A stretch of 64,000 bases of DNA from a virus. The notes below the pieces were generated by a model. The model saw nothing but the letters and a program-made list of their open reading frames with translations. It had not been told where the DNA came from and did no database searches. Each line of letters starts with the position of its first letter. The stretch's first letter is position 1. This document shows, piece after piece, positions 8,252 through 17,765 of this stretch. The DNA is taken from IMG/VR virus record IMGVR_UViG_3300027994_000002, positions 1 through 64,000 of that record, one strand, 5' to 3'. The position numbers and the translations under genes were made by a program.

Positions 8252-10366
8252 ATGCCCGATTATCCCCTATCTCAGTTGGCAGGCGCGGACAATATCATGC
8301 TCCGGCGGATTCTTTTCGCGCTCATGAACAACGGCGCGGCAGGGCTTGCGCCCGAGCAAAGCAGCAACACGCTCCTGAGGCAGATTCTTTACGCCATTCA
8401 AAACCAACAGGGCGGAGGCGGAGGCGGGGGCGCGATAACTCTTTCAGGAGATGTTTCGGGATCTTCTAGCGCCAATACCGTAGACAAGATCGCAGGCGTA
8501 ACTCCGGCTACTGGAGTCCCTGCCGCCCTAGGAATCGCGCCGAATACAGCGGGCGGATTCCTTACGGTCAACAGCAACGGCTATTCCAGCCCAAGCGTCT
8601 CGCAGCCTAATTCCAATTTTCTGCTACTAGGCTTTAACGGGGCGTTCTTGAGTGGATACGAGCGATTTCAACTGGTTGCTTCTGGCAATGGAACCAGCTG
8701 GAAAGAGATTCGTGGTTGGGAGAAGTACAATCCAACCGTTCCTCCAGATAGCGCGGGCTATACCTGCGGCGTTCGCGACCCCGCCATCATTCATTTCCCC
8801 AATGGAACCTACCTCGTAGGCCACACCATTTCCCGCAACAACACCGTTGGCTCTTCCGGCGCAGGCTCCACGAGTGGCTACATTGGATTCGCCAAGGCAC
8901 AAAGCCTTTCCGCTCCCTTGACGTTTGTTGCCAATATCGACACAAGCAGCGCAATTGCCCCCAAGTTTCTCTACACATTGGACGGCCGCCTCTATGCGGA
9001 TTGCTACGGCTATCTGATCGAGAACACCTCGCGTACAGGCGGCTATCCTGACGGCGTGACGTGGACGGCGCGAGCCATTATCACGTGGGTCGATGGAACC
9101 GTGATGAACACGAGTGACCAGTGTCAGATCCAGACCGCCGCCAATTCTTTTGGCGTGTTTTATTGGAGGAATGGGGCGGGATTTGTGTACCGCATTGGCA
9201 CGAGCAGTTCGGTTGGCTCGGGCTATACCGATCAAGGCATCATTACCAATTGGCCCACAGCAGAAGGCGTGTCCGTTAGCCAAGATACGACGACAGGCAT
9301 CTGGTACGCCTATTTTCAGGCCCGATCAGGCACCTACAACGGCAAGACCGTTGTCTCCACGAGCTCGACGCCGCTTGTCGCGGCTTCCTGGACAGCCCCA
9401 GTTCCACTCGATAACGTCACCGTTTCACCTGCGACCATGGGGTCTAATCCTGTGGCAAGTTTTGACAATGCAGGCTCGCTTATTAGCTCCAACGCCTCTG
9501 TCATGCTGGATGTACTCAACGCCACACAGCAACAGGAATACGCCTATTGGAGTGGGCCTGATTCTCCTCCTCGGCTGACCTATAACACTTCCCAGAATTA
9601 CAGTTCCATCAACGTGGTTTACCCGACGGGTGAAGGCACGGTAGCGATCAATAATGGCGTTGTGACAGGAACGGGGACGCGATTCCAGAAGCGGTTCCAG
9701 GTTGGATCCCTCCTCATCACGGCATCTCGTACAGGCATTGTCCGGGCCGTTGCCTCAGATACCTCTATGACGTTGCTCAGCAGCAGCAATTACACTGTTG
9801 CGGCGGGAGCGGCCTACACTTACGCACCGCCCTTGACTCAGGTCAGCACCTACAACGGCAATACGGTGGTTGGTTTTGATGATGCAATCACGGGTTATGT
9901 GTGGAGGAACGGCGTTGCTCTATTCAATGTAAGCGGCGCGGGGTTCATGCCGCTTATCACGACCGATTCTTCCGGAAATCTTATTTTACAAAACATCTCC
10001 GTTGGAGGCGGTGGCAGCTACGTCTACGGCAGGTTCCTGACGAGCGGCGGCAACTTCGAGATCATTACAGGAAATCTTGCTGTCGCAACAGCAGGCAAGG
10101 GCCTTCAGATCAAAGAAGGAACGAACGCCCGCCAAGGCGTTGGAACCCTTGTTGCTGGAACCCTCACTGTGGCCAACACCAGCGTTACCGCAAGCAGCCG
10201 CGTCATCGTCTGGCGAATGGGGAAAAATGCTTCTTCGGCCATTGGGGCCCTGGATACAACAATCAGCGCGGGGGTTGGATTTACAGTTACCTCCTTGACC
10301 AACCTCGCCGCAACCGCAACAGGAGATGTCAGTAGCTTTGGTTATCTTATCACAGAAGGAATCTAA
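8252..10366 (+). CDS. tail fibre / spike-like virion protein (704 aa)
   Basis: A duplicated N-terminal motif ([12 protein letters not shown] / [12 protein letters not shown]), a G7 linker, and [21 protein letters not shown], which is fibre-like. The central region contains VRDPAII, reminiscent of beta-propeller glycosidases. Confidence 0.55.
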   Translation: MPDYPLSQLAGADNIMLRRILFALMNNGAAGLAPEQSSNTLLRQILYAIQNQQGGGGGGGAITLSGDVSGSSSANTVDKIAGVTPATGVPAALGIAPNTAGGFLTVNSNGYSSPSVSQPNSNFLLLGFNGAFLSGYERFQLVASGNGTSWKEIRGWEKYNPTVPPDSAGYTCGVRDPAIIHFPNGTYLVGHTISRNNTVGSSGAGSTSGYIGFAKAQSLSAPLTFVANIDTSSAIAPKFLYTLDGRLYADCYGYLIENTSRTGGYPDGVTWTARAIITWVDGTVMNTSDQCQIQTAANSFGVFYWRNGAGFVYRIGTSSSVGSGYTDQGIITNWPTAEGVSVSQDTTTGIWYAYFQARSGTYNGKTVVSTSSTPLVAASWTAPVPLDNVTVSPATMGSNPVASFDNAGSLISSNASVMLDVLNATQQQEYAYWSGPDSPPRLTYNTSQNYSSINVVYPTGEGTVAINNGVVTGTGTRFQKRFQVGSLLITASRTGIVRAVASDTSMTLLSSSNYTVAAGAAYTYAPPLTQVSTYNGNTVVGFDDAITGYVWRNGVALFNVSGAGFMPLITTDSSGNLILQNISVGGGGSYVYGRFLTSGGNFEIITGNLAVATAGKGLQIKEGTNARQGVGTLVAGTLTVANTSVTASSRVIVWRMGKNASSAIGALDTTISAGVGFTVTSLTNLAATATGDVSSFGYLITEGI

Positions 10367-10367
10367 C

Positions 10368-11237
<870 letters not shown>

Positions 11238-11245
11238 GGTAAAAG

Positions 11246-11722
11246 ATGTCCTCAGATCCACGAGGGGAGCTCATGAGGAAGTCCCAGCATTTGGGGCTTT
11301 CTCCGGCAACGGCGGAAAACGCCACGCCTATTCAGGCCGAGATCATTCTCATGCTGCATAAGCAGAACATCCGGCTGGACGAGGTGTTTACGGCGGCCCA
11401 AAAGGCCAGCGCAGCAGCGGAGTCCGCTAAAATGGAGACCTTCGGCATCAAGGAACAGTTTGTTCAGCTCAACGGGAAGACCTCCAAGACCATCGAGCGC
11501 GTGGCGAGCCTGGAGTTCAAGGAACAAGAGGCCGTCAAGGCTGAGGCTGACCGTAAAATCTACGAGGAAGGCCTGCGGGAAGGCAAATGGATCATTTCCA
11601 AGGAAAAACGCCTGATTGTGATTGCTATGGGTAAATTCCTGCTCTGGCTCTTTGCTTTTATTGGAACCTTTTTAACGGCCTGGCCCGCCTTTAGTGCGGT
11701 CTATCACTTTCTGCGTCATTGA
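11246..11722 (+). CDS. coiled-coil protein with C-terminal transmembrane anchor (lysis-cassette associated)
   Basis: The C-terminus VIAMGKFLLWLFAFIGTFLTAWPAFSAVY is hydrophobic. The gene sits directly upstream of a holin-like gene. Confidence 0.45.
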   Translation: MSSDPRGELMRKSQHLGLSPATAENATPIQAEIILMLHKQNIRLDEVFTAAQKASAAAESAKMETFGIKEQFVQLNGKTSKTIERVASLEFKEQEAVKAEADRKIYEEGLREGKWIISKEKRLIVIAMGKFLLWLFAFIGTFLTAWPAFSAVYHFLRH

Positions 11723-12006
11723 AAAAATCCGACATTACTCTCATCGAAAAATGGCTCTACGGCCTTGTTGCAGCCTCCATTTCTGCTGGAGCGAGCACAG
11801 CGGCGGGCGTCGCGGCTTCTTTTGTGACAGGCAAGCCTTTTGATTGGGGGCAGGTTGGCACGGGCTCCCTTGTTTCTGCCTTCATCGCGGCCATGTTTTA
11901 CCTGAGGCAATCCCCCCTTCCAGGCTACCCAAAGCAAGGAACAACCTCCATCCAAATACCCGCCAGCGCCCTTAACCCCAAAGGAGATAAGAATGAAGGC
12001 ATTTAA
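11719..12006 (+). CDS. holin-like small membrane protein (two TM segments)
   Basis: TTG start in a TTGA overlap. TM segments LYGLVAASISAGASTAAGVAASFV and GSLVSAFIAAMFYL. Positioned before the lipoprotein and lysin genes. Confidence 0.45.
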   Translation: MKKSDITLIEKWLYGLVAASISAGASTAAGVAASFVTGKPFDWGQVGTGSLVSAFIAAMFYLRQSPLPGYPKQGTTSIQIPASALNPKGDKNEGI

Positions 12007-12415
12007 GCTCCTCCTCGTCCTCCCAGTTGCGTTTTTATTGCCGGGGTGTGCGCTGGCCCCAGTTTTAATCTCAGGCATACCTAGCCTCATTGGCGCGATC
12101 GAGCCTATCATCCAGAGAGCGCAAGACAAAGCCGCCGCCAAAGCCAAAGCGCAAACCGCTCTCAACCTCCTCCAGGATGTCAATAACGGTCAGTTCCCAA
12201 GCGAACTTGAAATCAATCTTGCGCTTGCCAATGCCGGAAAGCGTTGCCTCCATGACGGGGAATACGTTCAGATTCGCGATGCTCTCACGCCTGCCTTTCA
12301 ACAACTTGTTCTCGATGCGCAAGCGCGGCCCGGAGGCTACGAAATGGTGAAGAGGCGCGTGAGTGACGCCATTGTTGCAACCCAAAAGGAAATTGCCTAT
12401 GAAACTGCTCGTTGA
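11993..12415 (+). CDS. lipoprotein (spanin-like or exclusion-type)
   Basis: Signal peptide plus lipobox MKAFKLLLVLPVAFLLPG-C. An AAGGAG SD lies upstream. Confidence 0.65.
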   Translation: MKAFKLLLVLPVAFLLPGCALAPVLISGIPSLIGAIEPIIQRAQDKAAAKAKAQTALNLLQDVNNGQFPSELEINLALANAGKRCLHDGEYVQIRDALTPAFQQLVLDAQARPGGYEMVKRRVSDAIVATQKEIAYETAR

Positions 12416-12881
12416 TTTTAATGGATTCAAAGTCTGGGATTACCAAAACGGCCTCTATTCGTTCGCGGCCCCTTTCATGGTGGATACCGACGGTTCAGGC
12501 CCCAGTCACGGCGACAAGTATCATCAAAATGAAACCTCCCTGCGTTACAATGGGAAGCCCCTGAATGCAGACGAGGATCTTTATTTTGTGTTGCCGCCTA
12601 AAGTCATTCGCTCTGTTGGGCCTATTGTCTTGGGCTGCCAGGGCCTTGTCGTCAGGCTCGATACGGGAGTGATTTCCCGTGCTGTTGTCGGCGACGTCAG
12701 CAATGATGCCCCCACTCGCAAGCTCGGGGAGGGCTCTTACGCGCTCGCCAAATTTCTCGGCGTGAATCCCGACCCGAACACGGGAGGAGACAGCAAGGCG
12801 CAGTATAAATTCGTCTTTGAACCGGGCCAAGCGGCTCGCGTTGGAACCAAGTTGTATCAGCTCCAGAAATTTGGAGCTTAA
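12399..12881 (+). CDS. putative endolysin, GH75 (chitosanase)-like fold
   Basis: MVDTDGSG...YFVLPP...AVVGDVSNDAPTRKLGEGSYALAKFLG follows the DxDG / vvGD..p..iGE.S..lA pattern I recall for Glyco_hydro_75. An AAGGA SD lies before ATG 12399. Confidence 0.5.
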   Translation: MKLLVDFNGFKVWDYQNGLYSFAAPFMVDTDGSGPSHGDKYHQNETSLRYNGKPLNADEDLYFVLPPKVIRSVGPIVLGCQGLVVRLDTGVISRAVVGDVSNDAPTRKLGEGSYALAKFLGVNPDPNTGGDSKAQYKFVFEPGQAARVGTKLYQLQKFGA

Positions 12882-12920
12882 GCCTTGCTCTTTGAGGCCT
12901 AGAAGCGTAAACCTACTTCC

Positions 12921-13340
12921 ATGAGTTGCTATAACGGATGTCAATGCGGCTGCAACACGGGGTGCGTATCCAACACGCCCTACTGCGCTCCGATCTTGCC
13001 GCAGCAAGAATCCGTCGCCTCTCAATTGGAAAACCTTTCCACGAAGCTGTTTGGCCCCTTCACGAGAACCATCCAGAACGGGCGCGGTATTTGGACAGGC
13101 CTTTGCAGCATCACCTCAGCAATTCCTGGATTCGCCCGTTCCGATAACGAGGGGTTTATTTGCTACATCCTCCGCTACCTCACGACCAACCCCAACGCAA
13201 TGACGGGCATCGGGCCTCCGGAAGGTGTCGTGACGGCCAGTCCCGGAGCCCTTTACGTGAACACCAACGGCGGAGCCAACGCGACCCTCTACGTCAAGGA
13301 ATCTGGCGTCGCGACCAATACGGGCTGGGCAGCCAAGTAA
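12921..13340 (+). CDS. hypothetical virion-associated protein with Cys-rich N-terminus
   Basis: N-terminus MSCYNGCQCGCNTGC. C-terminus ALYVNTNGGANATLYVKESGVATNTGWAAK is a fibre/decoration-like ending. Confidence 0.45.
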   Translation: MSCYNGCQCGCNTGCVSNTPYCAPILPQQESVASQLENLSTKLFGPFTRTIQNGRGIWTGLCSITSAIPGFARSDNEGFICYILRYLTTNPNAMTGIGPPEGVVTASPGALYVNTNGGANATLYVKESGVATNTGWAAK

Positions 13341-13351
13341 AGATCAATTTT

Positions 13352-13708
13352 ATGCCTGAAACAATCAAGCTCGGTAAGATGGAGCGGGACTACTCCTGCA
13401 TGCACGAGGGTAAGCCAAAAGACGATGAGCCCCTCGTCGAACGGTTTCCAACCGTCTACATCAACCATGAAGACCTTCCGGATCTCAAGCCGGGCCAAGA
13501 GGTGACTTTTAAGGGCGTTGTTGCCTCTTTTACGGATCGTAAAGTTAGATCTAAAGAAGACGGCAAAACAGAAGTCGAAGTTTCCCGCCAATGTGAAATC
13601 GACATTCTGGAAATGACGCCCGGCGAAAAGAAGGCCGTAAAAGAACCCGAAGCAACCGATGAAGATGAAGTGGAAAAGGGGCTCGATGAGGCCTCGGAAA
13701 AGGAATAA
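13352..13708 (+). CDS. hypothetical protein with acidic C-terminus (118 aa)
   Basis: Internal ATG of the 13160..13708 ORF, lying just after the previous stop. Could be a scaffold or decoration protein; no motif found. Confidence 0.45.
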   Translation: MPETIKLGKMERDYSCMHEGKPKDDEPLVERFPTVYINHEDLPDLKPGQEVTFKGVVASFTDRKVRSKEDGKTEVEVSRQCEIDILEMTPGEKKAVKEPEATDEDEVEKGLDEASEKE

Positions 13709-13710
13709 TT

Positions 13711-13992
13711 ATGGAACCCTCACAACTCGCCCCCGCTGAAGCCAACGCCGCCGAAAAAGCGCCGATGGATCAAATGCAAGTCCCCGGCCAAGTCGAATTC
13801 GACATTCACGTGAAAGCAGCCCCGGATGAACTGGCTCAAGCTGCCGCCCTCCTCCGTGAGGCAGGCCTGGAAGACATCGCGCTCGCTTTTGAAGGAGCCG
13901 TTAATCCGCCCGAAGGCGAAGAGGCCCTCAACGCTTCCACAAACGAGCTGACGAATGAAATTGAAGCCATGGGAGCCAAGCGCGAGTTTTAA
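13711..13992 (+). CDS. acidic hypothetical protein (93 aa)
   Basis: ORF beginning 2 nt after the previous stop. Confidence 0.45.
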   Translation: MEPSQLAPAEANAAEKAPMDQMQVPGQVEFDIHVKAAPDELAQAAALLREAGLEDIALAFEGAVNPPEGEEALNASTNELTNEIEAMGAKREF

Positions 13993-14051
13993 CCAACCCT
14001 ACAAGGAGTCTTATCTACGTCGATTCCATTTATGAGAAGACCCGCGTCATT

Positions 14052-17000
14052 TTGGGTCGCTCCCCTCAGAAGCTCATTTTTGAGCGCCTGACAGAGGCCA
14101 TCCAGCTTCTTGCCAACAAGGGCTCTTGGGATCCGTTGATCGGATTTGCGGATATTTGCGGGGGCGAAACCGACGTTCGCACATTTTCGCTTCCGGATGA
14201 TGTCGAAACCCCGCTTGCAATCAACATTTGCGGGCAGCCTGCCTACATGCGATCGAAGTGGAGCGAGTTTCACCTTAACGGCCTCGGAAGCAACCGTGAG
14301 ACCACATGGACGTGGGACGACCAAGGCCCGCAGCCTGTCATACAGGACATCATCCGCCCCAGCACGCTATTGGCCCTGGCGGACCTAAAGAATGATTTAG
14401 GCACCCGCATAAGGGTTTTTGGCCACGACGTGGCTGGGAGGCGCATGCGGGAGCAAAACGCGGACGGAAGCTGGCAAGACGGCTTCATCATCCAGCCGAG
14501 CCTTATCACGGATTTCCCTTCGCAGGCTGTCACTGAAAACACGACGCGTCTTTTTGTACGCAACTTTTCCGCCATTCCAGTCACGACCCTTGTTTCCACG
14601 GATGAGCACGGCTTCCGCACGGGTGTTGCGGTCGTTTTGACCGTAACCGTCGGTACATTGCCGTCGCCTTTGATCAATGGCGCAACCTACTACGTTCGCG
14701 TCATCAATGAAAACACCGTCAGCCTCCATTACTTTGCCGCTGAAGCTCTTTCTGGAGTCAACCCGATTGAAATGACGGGCGTTAGTGGTTCGACTGTTAT
14801 TCAGCTCCAAGACAGGCGGCAGGTTCAGGTTCAAACCAAATTCACTTCCGATGACCCGCTTGGATTTTTGGAAGGTTCTTCCGTGACTTTTACAGGCACA
14901 ACGCTACCCGAGCCAATCGTAGGCCCCGAGATATTCTACATCCACCTTTTGGATGATAGAAATTTTACAATCCACGCCACGCAGGCCGAGGCCCTCAGTG
15001 CCTCAAACCCTTTGTTTGTGACGACGCCCGGAAGCAACGATGTCATGGCAAATGCCAGCCAGCCCGTGACGCCCTACACCAAACTGGTTTTCAGCGTCCC
15101 GCACCGCTTCATCCAGAATGACGTTGTGACGGTTTCCAATGCCTCCGGTAATCTGCCAAATCCCCTGCTTCCGGCGACGAATTACTACGTGCGTTACCTG
15201 AACGAGCTTGAGATCACTCTTCACGCCAGTCTATCCGATGCTGCCTCCGGCAATAATCCAATCATCCTGACGGATAATGGGACCGGAACAAGCTCGGTCG
15301 TAAAGCTGATTCCAGCAACGGCCAATGTTGGGAGCTCGAATAACATCAACGCCCCAAACAGCAACCTCCAGCCAGGGGATTTTGTCCAATTCGCCAGCTC
15401 CGGAAACCTCCCCAACCCCTTGCTTTCCAGCCAGATTTACGTGGTCGTCGCGCCTGTCAGCGGCAATACTTTTACGATCGCTCAGCCGCCCGCTATTTCC
15501 ATCGCCACTCTTGCAAAGGGCAGGGCCAATAACACGGCCATCATCGTCACCGCCGTGGATCACGGCCTCGTTACTGGAAACGTCGTCAACATTGCGGGCC
15601 TCGGTGGATCGGGGTACAACCTCAATCAGGTCACGATTACAGTCCTGGCCTCGAATGCCTTTAGCTACAACTCCACGGGTGGAAATGACGCCGCAATCGC
15701 CTCCCTTTCCCGCTCCAGATCCAGCGGTATTGCGACAATCGAGACTGCCGCGCCTCACGGCTTCACAACAGGCGACTTTATCAATGTTCAGGGCTTTGGC
15801 GGGGCCAGCTACAACCAGCCTTGGGTGGAAGTTAACGTGGAATCCACTACGGCCTTTTGGTACAACAACCCCGGCGTGAATGACTTCGGATTTGCAACCA
15901 CGTTCCGCGCTAGGGGTCCCGACGCGGGCCTACCGCCCAACATTGCCCAAATTACCACAATCGCGCCTCATGGCCTGTCGACAGGGCAATACGTCAATAT
16001 TCAAAACATGACGGATGTCACATACAACAACCCCTGGGCGCAAGTGACGGTTGTCGACCCAACGAATTTCACTTACGCGGCCCCCGGAGGAACCGTTGCC
16101 TCCACAGCCGACACGCAGGGTTATGTTGCCATTCCCCAGTCGGACAGCGGAGGGCTACTCACCCTTCCGTTGAGTGACGGCGCGGGGATTGTTAGCGGCA
16201 ACCTCATCAACATCACAGATACCGGCAACGGCGTCTTGAATGCCGTCATTTCCCGTGCCTTTACGATCGGTTTTTACGACGACTGGTTCTTGGATGCTTC
16301 GCAACTCGATACGGGGGCTTCTTTTAAGATCAATTCCACAGGAAGCCTGCCCGGAACCGAACCTTCCCTCAGTCCGTCGGGCACCTACTACATCCGAAAA
16401 GAGGACGACTTTACGGCCAAGTTTTTTGTTTCAGAAGCAAAAGCAGAGGATTCGGTGGTTCGACTTTCTGCCTCCCGCTCCCGCTCCTCCAATGTCGCCC
16501 AAATCGTGACCCAAGGCAACCATGGGTTTGCGAACGGCGATCGCGTGGAAATATCCTCCATGTCCGACGATAGCTACAACCCGACGCCTTATTCCAGTGT
16601 TGCGGTGACGGTCGTTAACGCCACGACTTTCACCTACCTGAATACCGGGCCGGACGAAGGCTCAACCGTAGACACGGCAGGGCAAATCATTTTCAGCCCC
16701 ATCAATATCTTGTCCCTCGGAGCCGGAGAAACTGACTTGATTCTTAGTAGGCTCGTCGCTGCAACGGTTTTATCCAATCTTCTTGAGGTTTCATCTTCAG
16801 CCTACATCACTCCGGGAACGATTTATCAATTCACGACCTCAGGAACGCTCCCTTCTCCGTTGGTGCTGGCAACGGACTACAAAATCAGCGTTATCAACGG
16901 CCTCTTGCAAATTTCAGACACTTCGGATGCCGTGATTATCTTGACGGATATTGGCTCGGGCGAGCACTACATCCAGCGCCAATTCGATTTCACGGTGGAC

Positions 17001-17765
17001 ATCCCGCAGGGCGTGCGGTGCTTGGCGAACGAATACAACAACGGGGACGCCGTCATTGTCAACCCGGAAGGCATGGACAATACGGCCGTCGCTCCGGAGC
17101 CGCTCGTTAATGGAACGACTTATTTCTTACGAAGAATCGACGATGAAACCGTTGCGATTTACGACACCAAAGAAGCGGCCTTGGATTTGGAATCCACAAG
17201 CGGCCTGATTGTCGTTACCTCTGCCGGAACAGGCCAAAGCATCTTTCTTCAAATTCTTCCCGCTTTTCAGATTCAGCGCGTGGATCGCGTGTTGCTCATC
17301 AACGGCAAAACGGCCTCACAAGCCGAGCTGCCAGAAGAAACTCCCATTGGCTCGCAACCCCCGCCTCTTCGCAATGGCTATATCGATTTGTACGCTTGGG
17401 ATTACGGCCGGAAGTGCAATCTGACGCTCCTTGGGCACTATTCCCCTCAAGAGACCGAACCCTATTACCGCCGCATCAAAATTGCCCTTCATTCCACGTG
17501 GATTCGCATGCGCTACCGTCGCAAGACTTTCCGAATCACGAGCCTCAATGACTACATCCCCTTGACCTCCGAAATGGCACTCCTCTACATGGTGCGCTCG
17601 CAGGAATTGTTCCGGACGAATTTCATGGATGAAGGAGCCAAATACGAGGCCCTCGCGGTTCAGTACCTGCAAGAAGAGAATGACATCCGCCAAGGCCCCG
17701 CAACCTACCAAATTCAATTTCAAGACGATGGCGTTTTCAACAGCAAATCCTTCTGGATGACTTAA
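14052..17765 (+). CDS. large repeat-containing virion (tail/baseplate-like) protein, at least 1237 aa
   Basis: Long ORF with two families of internal repeats. The TTG at 14052 is the first canonical start. The frame is open from 13965 and an AAGGAG SD at 14003-14008 precedes an in-frame ATC at 14013, so the true start is uncertain. Confidence 0.6.
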   Translation: MGRSPQKLIFERLTEAIQLLANKGSWDPLIGFADICGGETDVRTFSLPDDVETPLAINICGQPAYMRSKWSEFHLNGLGSNRETTWTWDDQGPQPVIQDIIRPSTLLALADLKNDLGTRIRVFGHDVAGRRMREQNADGSWQDGFIIQPSLITDFPSQAVTENTTRLFVRNFSAIPVTTLVSTDEHGFRTGVAVVLTVTVGTLPSPLINGATYYVRVINENTVSLHYFAAEALSGVNPIEMTGVSGSTVIQLQDRRQVQVQTKFTSDDPLGFLEGSSVTFTGTTLPEPIVGPEIFYIHLLDDRNFTIHATQAEALSASNPLFVTTPGSNDVMANASQPVTPYTKLVFSVPHRFIQNDVVTVSNASGNLPNPLLPATNYYVRYLNELEITLHASLSDAASGNNPIILTDNGTGTSSVVKLIPATANVGSSNNINAPNSNLQPGDFVQFASSGNLPNPLLSSQIYVVVAPVSGNTFTIAQPPAISIATLAKGRANNTAIIVTAVDHGLVTGNVVNIAGLGGSGYNLNQVTITVLASNAFSYNSTGGNDAAIASLSRSRSSGIATIETAAPHGFTTGDFINVQGFGGASYNQPWVEVNVESTTAFWYNNPGVNDFGFATTFRARGPDAGLPPNIAQITTIAPHGLSTGQYVNIQNMTDVTYNNPWAQVTVVDPTNFTYAAPGGTVASTADTQGYVAIPQSDSGGLLTLPLSDGAGIVSGNLINITDTGNGVLNAVISRAFTIGFYDDWFLDASQLDTGASFKINSTGSLPGTEPSLSPSGTYYIRKEDDFTAKFFVSEAKAEDSVVRLSASRSRSSNVAQIVTQGNHGFANGDRVEISSMSDDSYNPTPYSSVAVTVVNATTFTYLNTGPDEGSTVDTAGQIIFSPINILSLGAGETDLILSRLVAATVLSNLLEVSSSAYITPGTIYQFTTSGTLPSPLVLATDYKISVINGLLQISDTSDAVIILTDIGSGEHYIQRQFDFTVDIPQGVRCLANEYNNGDAVIVNPEGMDNTAVAPEPLVNGTTYFLRRIDDETVAIYDTKEAALDLESTSGLIVVTSAGTGQSIFLQILPAFQIQRVDRVLLINGKTASQAELPEETPIGSQPPPLRNGYIDLYAWDYGRKCNLTLLGHYSPQETEPYYRRIKIALHSTWIRMRYRRKTFRITSLNDYIPLTSEMALLYMVRSQELFRTNFMDEGAKYEALAVQYLQEENDIRQGPATYQIQFQDDGVFNSKSFWMT
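15527..16650 (+). repeat. four copies of an approximately 55-aa protein repeat (A.I.T...HG..TGD.V.I......YN....V.V....F.Y...G)
   Basis: Copies lie at about 15527-15685, 15708-15875, 15935-16090 and 16471-16650. Two begin with SRSRSS. About seven further copies of a second repeat (LP.PL...YYVR...A.SG.NPI.LTD.GTG) span roughly 14650-17220. Confidence 0.6.
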
